From Fibrobacterota bacterium (GTDB lineage: Bacteria; Fibrobacterota; Fibrobacteria; UBA11236), in the NCBI GenBank assembly GCA_043753995.1, contig JAYUVP010000318.1, forward strand, positions 1-10,327: DNA of 10,327 nucleotides, in the 5' to 3' direction. The notes under the pieces were generated by a model that was not told the DNA's origin, searched no databases, and worked only from the letters and a program-made list of their open reading frames with translations. The position numbers were made by a program, and so were the translations under genes. This document shows positions 6,991 through 10,327 of this stretch, piece after piece. Each line of letters begins with the position of its first letter. Position 1 is the first letter of the stretch.

Positions 6991-8774
6991 CGCCGGTGAA
7001 GCCTTCGCCATTCCCGCCCTGGGCCGAGGAAATGCGCGAAATTTTTCGTGCGGGATCGGCGGGTGGTTTTCTCGTTTCAGGCAATGTCGCCGACGTCGTG
7101 CCGCAAGACTTTGTCGATTCGGGAATGCCGTATTTGCCTTTGCAGCGCTATTTGACCGAGGTCTTATTCGCGCCTTTCGAAGTGGTGCTGACCTACGATC
7201 GCGGATCCGGCTTAAAGGCCGTGCGCGGCCAAGAACTTTTCGGCCGCTTCCTCAAAGCTGTCGACACCCACCTCGGCACGCAATTCTCCGGGGCCGCGCG
7301 TGGCCTGGAGGCCCTGGAAAAACCCGGTGCCTTGCCACGGCAGCCCGGCGCCGTCATCGAATTGTTGGATCGGTTTATTTATGGAACCGTGGCCTCCAAT
7401 AAAAACAAAAACCAAGACCCACCCACCCGCATCGCCTTGATTTTGGATCGCGCCCAATTCATCGTCCCGCAAGGGGAAGCCCTGCAAATACCCGCCGAAT
7501 CCGCCGCGGTTTTATTGCGGGTTTTGGGCTGGCTGGAAGACGCTGAATTGGCTGAGGCGGGCATGGCCATTTGCTTGATAGCGCCGCAAATGGGCGAACT
7601 CAATCAAATGCTGGTGGAATGCGCTCATGCCGCCAAAATCCATATCCCGCTTCCTTCTCTCGAGGAAATGACTCATTTCGTGCAATGCATTGCCGAACAA
7701 GAGCCGACTTTAGCGAGCCTATGTCCGCTGCCCTTGCCTGAATTAGCCATGCGACTCGTTGGCATGAATCGCATCGGAGCCCGCTCGGTTTTGCTGCGCG
7801 CCATTCGCAATCAATTGCCGCTCACCGATAAATTTTTGGCCAAGCTGCGCAAAGAAAACATCGAAAAAGAAGCTTCCGGCCGCCTGGAATTTTTGGATTC
7901 CCGCCGCACTCTGGACGATGTCAGCGGCCATGATGCCGCGAAGGCCTGGCTACGCGAAGACGCGCAATTGATGCGGCGAGGCATGAATCATGCCTTGCCC
8001 ATGGGCTATTTGCTGGCAGGCCGCATCGGTACGGGAAAAACCTATTTGGTGCAATGCTTTGCGGGTGAATGCGGCATACCCTTCGTCGAATTGAAAAATT
8101 TCCGCGATCGCTGGGTGGGTTCCACCGAAACCAATTTGGAAAAAGTCTTCGCGATTTTGCGGGCACTCGGCCGCGTGGTTGTCTTTGTGGATGAGGCCGA
8201 TCAAGCCACCGGAAAACGCGATTCAGGCACGGGTGATTCCGGTCTCTCGGGCCGCGTCTATGCCATGCTCGCCAAGGAAATGTCGGAGACGCGCAACCGA
8301 GGAAAAATCCTCTGGATATTCGCTTCCAGCCGACCGGATTTGATTGAGGTCGACCTCAAACGCCAAGGCCGTTTGGATGTGCATATACCGCTTTTCCCAC
8401 CCGATACCGCCGATGGGCGCCGTCATTTGCTCTTCGCCTTGGCCAAAAAACTGGGTCTTGCGATTTCGCTGGAACAAATCCCCGAACTGAAAATCCCGGA
8501 TGGCATAGGCGGCAATGAATTCGAGGGATTACTCATTCGCGCCTCCCGGCAATTCGCGCTCAAGCCTCCGGACTCCACGGTCACCTTCACCGAGTTTTTG
8601 GTTCAGGAAGCCGAAATATTCCGGCCTTCGGCCCATTTGGAGCGCCTGGAATTCATGGATTTATTGGCGGTAAAAGAATGTACGGATGAAAAGTTTTTGC
8701 CCCAAAAATTCAGGGAAATGCAAGCGGGCGCCGTCGAAAAACGCCTCGCGGAACTCTCCCATCGATATTCCTAA
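6987..8774 (+). CDS. Classical-clade AAA+ ATPase with a degenerate N-terminal AAA-like module and an intact C-terminal AAA module
   Basis: Walker A GRIGTGKT (8019-8042), pore loop DRWVGSTE, Walker B VVFVDE and SRH ASSRPDLIEVDLKRQGRLD. The N-half has relic motifs FLVSGNVAD and IALILDRAQ. GTG start has GAGG 8 nt upstream and overlaps the previous TGA. Confidence 0.9.
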   Translation: MTPVKPSPFPPWAEEMREIFRAGSAGGFLVSGNVADVVPQDFVDSGMPYLPLQRYLTEVLFAPFEVVLTYDRGSGLKAVRGQELFGRFLKAVDTHLGTQFSGAARGLEALEKPGALPRQPGAVIELLDRFIYGTVASNKNKNQDPPTRIALILDRAQFIVPQGEALQIPAESAAVLLRVLGWLEDAELAEAGMAICLIAPQMGELNQMLVECAHAAKIHIPLPSLEEMTHFVQCIAEQEPTLASLCPLPLPELAMRLVGMNRIGARSVLLRAIRNQLPLTDKFLAKLRKENIEKEASGRLEFLDSRRTLDDVSGHDAAKAWLREDAQLMRRGMNHALPMGYLLAGRIGTGKTYLVQCFAGECGIPFVELKNFRDRWVGSTETNLEKVFAILRALGRVVVFVDEADQATGKRDSGTGDSGLSGRVYAMLAKEMSETRNRGKILWIFASSRPDLIEVDLKRQGRLDVHIPLFPPDTADGRRHLLFALAKKLGLAISLEQIPELKIPDGIGGNEFEGLLIRASRQFALKPPDSTVTFTEFLVQEAEIFRPSAHLERLEFMDLLAVKECTDEKFLPQKFREMQAGAVEKRLAELSHRYS

Positions 8775-8813
8775 GTCGGTAAACTTGGCCAAATCCCCAG
8801 CCTAGAGGTAAAG

Positions 8814-9902
8814 TTGGGTCGGGCTTGCTCTGCTAACCATAGCGGCCTGAACGGAATCCAGGTGTTCTTCGTCTTCACCGCTTTTCTCCTGCTTCTTTCC
8901 ACCCTCGGCATGGTGCATGCCGAAAAATCTTCCCATGTCATTCCGCCAATCAAGCTGAATACGGCCAAGACGGCCATCTTGCCGCCTGCAACCTGGAGTT
9001 ACGACTCCCTGCATGTGACTCCGGGCTTGCTTTATGTTCGCCGCCCCCGTGCCGAAACCCTTTATACTACCCTGGATCTTTATGGTCCCCGTCACCAGCC
9101 CGCGCAGAAATGGCCGGTGGTGATTTATGTGCATGGTGGTTGGTGGCGTAGCGGTAGCAAGGGCGATGTGCGCTTCAAACCGCAATGGTTTGTCGATCAC
9201 GGCTTCCTTTTCGCCAGCGTCAATTATCGCCTGGCCATCGCCACACGTGGCGACACCGCACGTGAAGCCCACAATGTCAAGCAGCCCGCGCCTAGCGAAG
9301 ATGTGGCCGCCGCGCTAAGCTATCTCCACCGCGAAGTGAGTCGTTATGGCGGAGACAGCACCGCTTTTTTCCTACTCGGACATTCGGCCGGTGGACAAAT
9401 CGCAGCCTTGACGGCCTTGTATCCCGGCATGCTCGATAGCGCTGGTTTTCCGCGTGAAGCCCTCAAGGGCGTGGCCACCCTCGATCCCGGCTTGCTTGAT
9501 GTCGTGCATGCTTGCTCCGCCGCCACCGACACGGTGCGCGCGCTTTATGCCAATACCTTTGGCATGCCGCCCGAAGCCAATCTCGCCGCTTCGCCCCTCC
9601 ACCAAGTGATGCCGGGACGCAGCTATCCGCCCTTCTTCCTCGCCCATGTGCGCAACTATTCCTACACCCAGGGACGCGCTCTAGCGGATCGCCTGCATCA
9701 AGTCGGCGGCCACGCTGTGCTCACCTTTGTACCACAAAAATCACATAGCACACTCGACCAAGACCTCGCCCGTCCCGGCGATTCCGTCGGCACCGACATC
9801 GCCCAACGCCTCACCCATTGGATGTCCTCCCAGCTCGGCGAATGGATGGCCAAGCCCAATCCCATTGCCTGGCAAGAGCGCGAAGCCTCCGCATTACGCT
9901 GA
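8814..9902 (+). CDS. Alpha/beta hydrolase (HSL-like carboxylesterase/lipase), probably exported
   Basis: LDLY, PVVIYVHGGWWRSGSK (oxyanion motif), SVNYRL, nucleophile GHSAGG and C-terminal KSH. A hydrophobic signal-like segment VFFVFTAFLLLLSTLGMVHA precedes the domain. The start is uncertain: TTG 8814 has GAGG 5 nt upstream, and GTG 8862 is an alternative. Confidence 0.88.
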   Translation: MGRACSANHSGLNGIQVFFVFTAFLLLLSTLGMVHAEKSSHVIPPIKLNTAKTAILPPATWSYDSLHVTPGLLYVRRPRAETLYTTLDLYGPRHQPAQKWPVVIYVHGGWWRSGSKGDVRFKPQWFVDHGFLFASVNYRLAIATRGDTAREAHNVKQPAPSEDVAAALSYLHREVSRYGGDSTAFFLLGHSAGGQIAALTALYPGMLDSAGFPREALKGVATLDPGLLDVVHACSAATDTVRALYANTFGMPPEANLAASPLHQVMPGRSYPPFFLAHVRNYSYTQGRALADRLHQVGGHAVLTFVPQKSHSTLDQDLARPGDSVGTDIAQRLTHWMSSQLGEWMAKPNPIAWQEREASALR

Positions 9903-9946
9903 AGCCCTTTTTAGTCGGGGCCTTAAAACTTATTTCGATTCGCTTT

Positions 9947-9990
9947 CCCCTGCGGGCGCCAGCGCAAGCGCTGCCAGGGGCATGGCCCTG
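9947..9990. terminator. GC-rich stem-loop region between convergent genes
   Basis: CAGCG-caag-CGCTG (9960-9973) is enclosed by CCCCTG (9947-9952)/CAGGGG (9975-9980). An alternative CAGGG/CCCTG pairing spans 9975-9990. No clean adjacent U-tract. Confidence 0.35.
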
Positions 9991-10015
9991 CCAACGACTA
10001 GTCCGTACTTCGCCG

Positions 10016-10327
10016 TCACCTGCCCGTTACCGTAGACTCCCGCTCCATGATGAGCCCCTCGCATTCGAGCACGGGCTTGCCCGCATATTCGCGCGAAGCG
10101 GGATTGCGAATGAAGGCCACGATGCGCTGGGCTATCGACGGGAAATTGAAGTTATAGCTGGTTAGCCCGAAATGGGTGGCGCGCAGCGAATCGTCCAAAC
10201 CGATAAGCGACAAATGAGCGGGGATTTGCAGGCCCTTGCGCTGTAAATGCTCCAGGGCCACCAAAGCCATGTCGTCATTGGCCGCGATGCAGGCGGTGAT
10301 GCCTTTGTCTTCGGCCAAGGCATCGAG
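10016..10327 (-). CDS. C-terminal ligand-binding domain of a LacI-type transcriptional regulator (5'-truncated by the window)
   Basis: The frame is open to the window edge. ITACIAANDDMALVAL, GLQIPAHLSLIGLDDS, LTS and LIMEREST match LacI-family C-terminal motifs (ND..A; G..vP.d.sviGfDd; LTt; l..R.S). Confidence 0.88.
   Translation of the reverse strand, partial: LDALAEDKGITACIAANDDMALVALEHLQRKGLQIPAHLSLIGLDDSLRATHFGLTSYNFNFPSIAQRIVAFIRNPASREYAGKPVLECEGLIMERESTVTGR

Noticed and set aside
8344..8359. Perfect 16-bp palindrome TTGAGGTCGACCTCAA
   Set aside because: It lies inside the conserved SRH-coding region of the AAA gene, and one such palindrome per 10 kb is not far from chance expectation.
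6987..8774. Calling the ATPase FtsH, PspF or a true Vps4
   Set aside because: No TM or HExxH protease domain (FtsH), no GAFTGA loop or HTH (PspF), and no recognisable MIT domain (Vps4).
2206..9647. Numerous 60-156 aa antisense and alternate-frame ORFs inside the main genes
   Set aside because: They are essentially nested within well-supported genes and have no recognisable motifs.

Overview
Bacterial (probably diderm) window with almost all genes on the + strand. In order: (1) the 3' end of a gene with a long Ser/Gly/Asp-rich repetitive tail; (2) a 126-aa protein carrying the motifs of the mainly eukaryotic PHPT1/Janus/Ocnus phosphohistidine phosphatase family; (3) a RimJ/RimL-type GNAT acetyltransferase; (4) a tightly coupled six-gene operon: PspA/IM30 (ESCRT-III superfamily), a membrane-anchored NMT1/SsuA-type substrate-binding protein fused to an OmpA-like peptidoglycan-binding domain, an ABC permease, an ABC ATPase, a TM-hairpin plus coiled-coil protein, and a classical-clade AAA+ ATPase with an apparently inactive N-terminal AAA module; (5) a probably exported alpha/beta hydrolase; (6) the convergent 3' end of a LacI-type regulator. 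The two most interesting candidates are the PspA + AAA + anchored-ABC operon, a possible bacterial ESCRT-III/Vps4-like envelope remodelling system, and the bacterial PHPT1-like protein. All assignments come from motif recognition by eye; no database searches were run.
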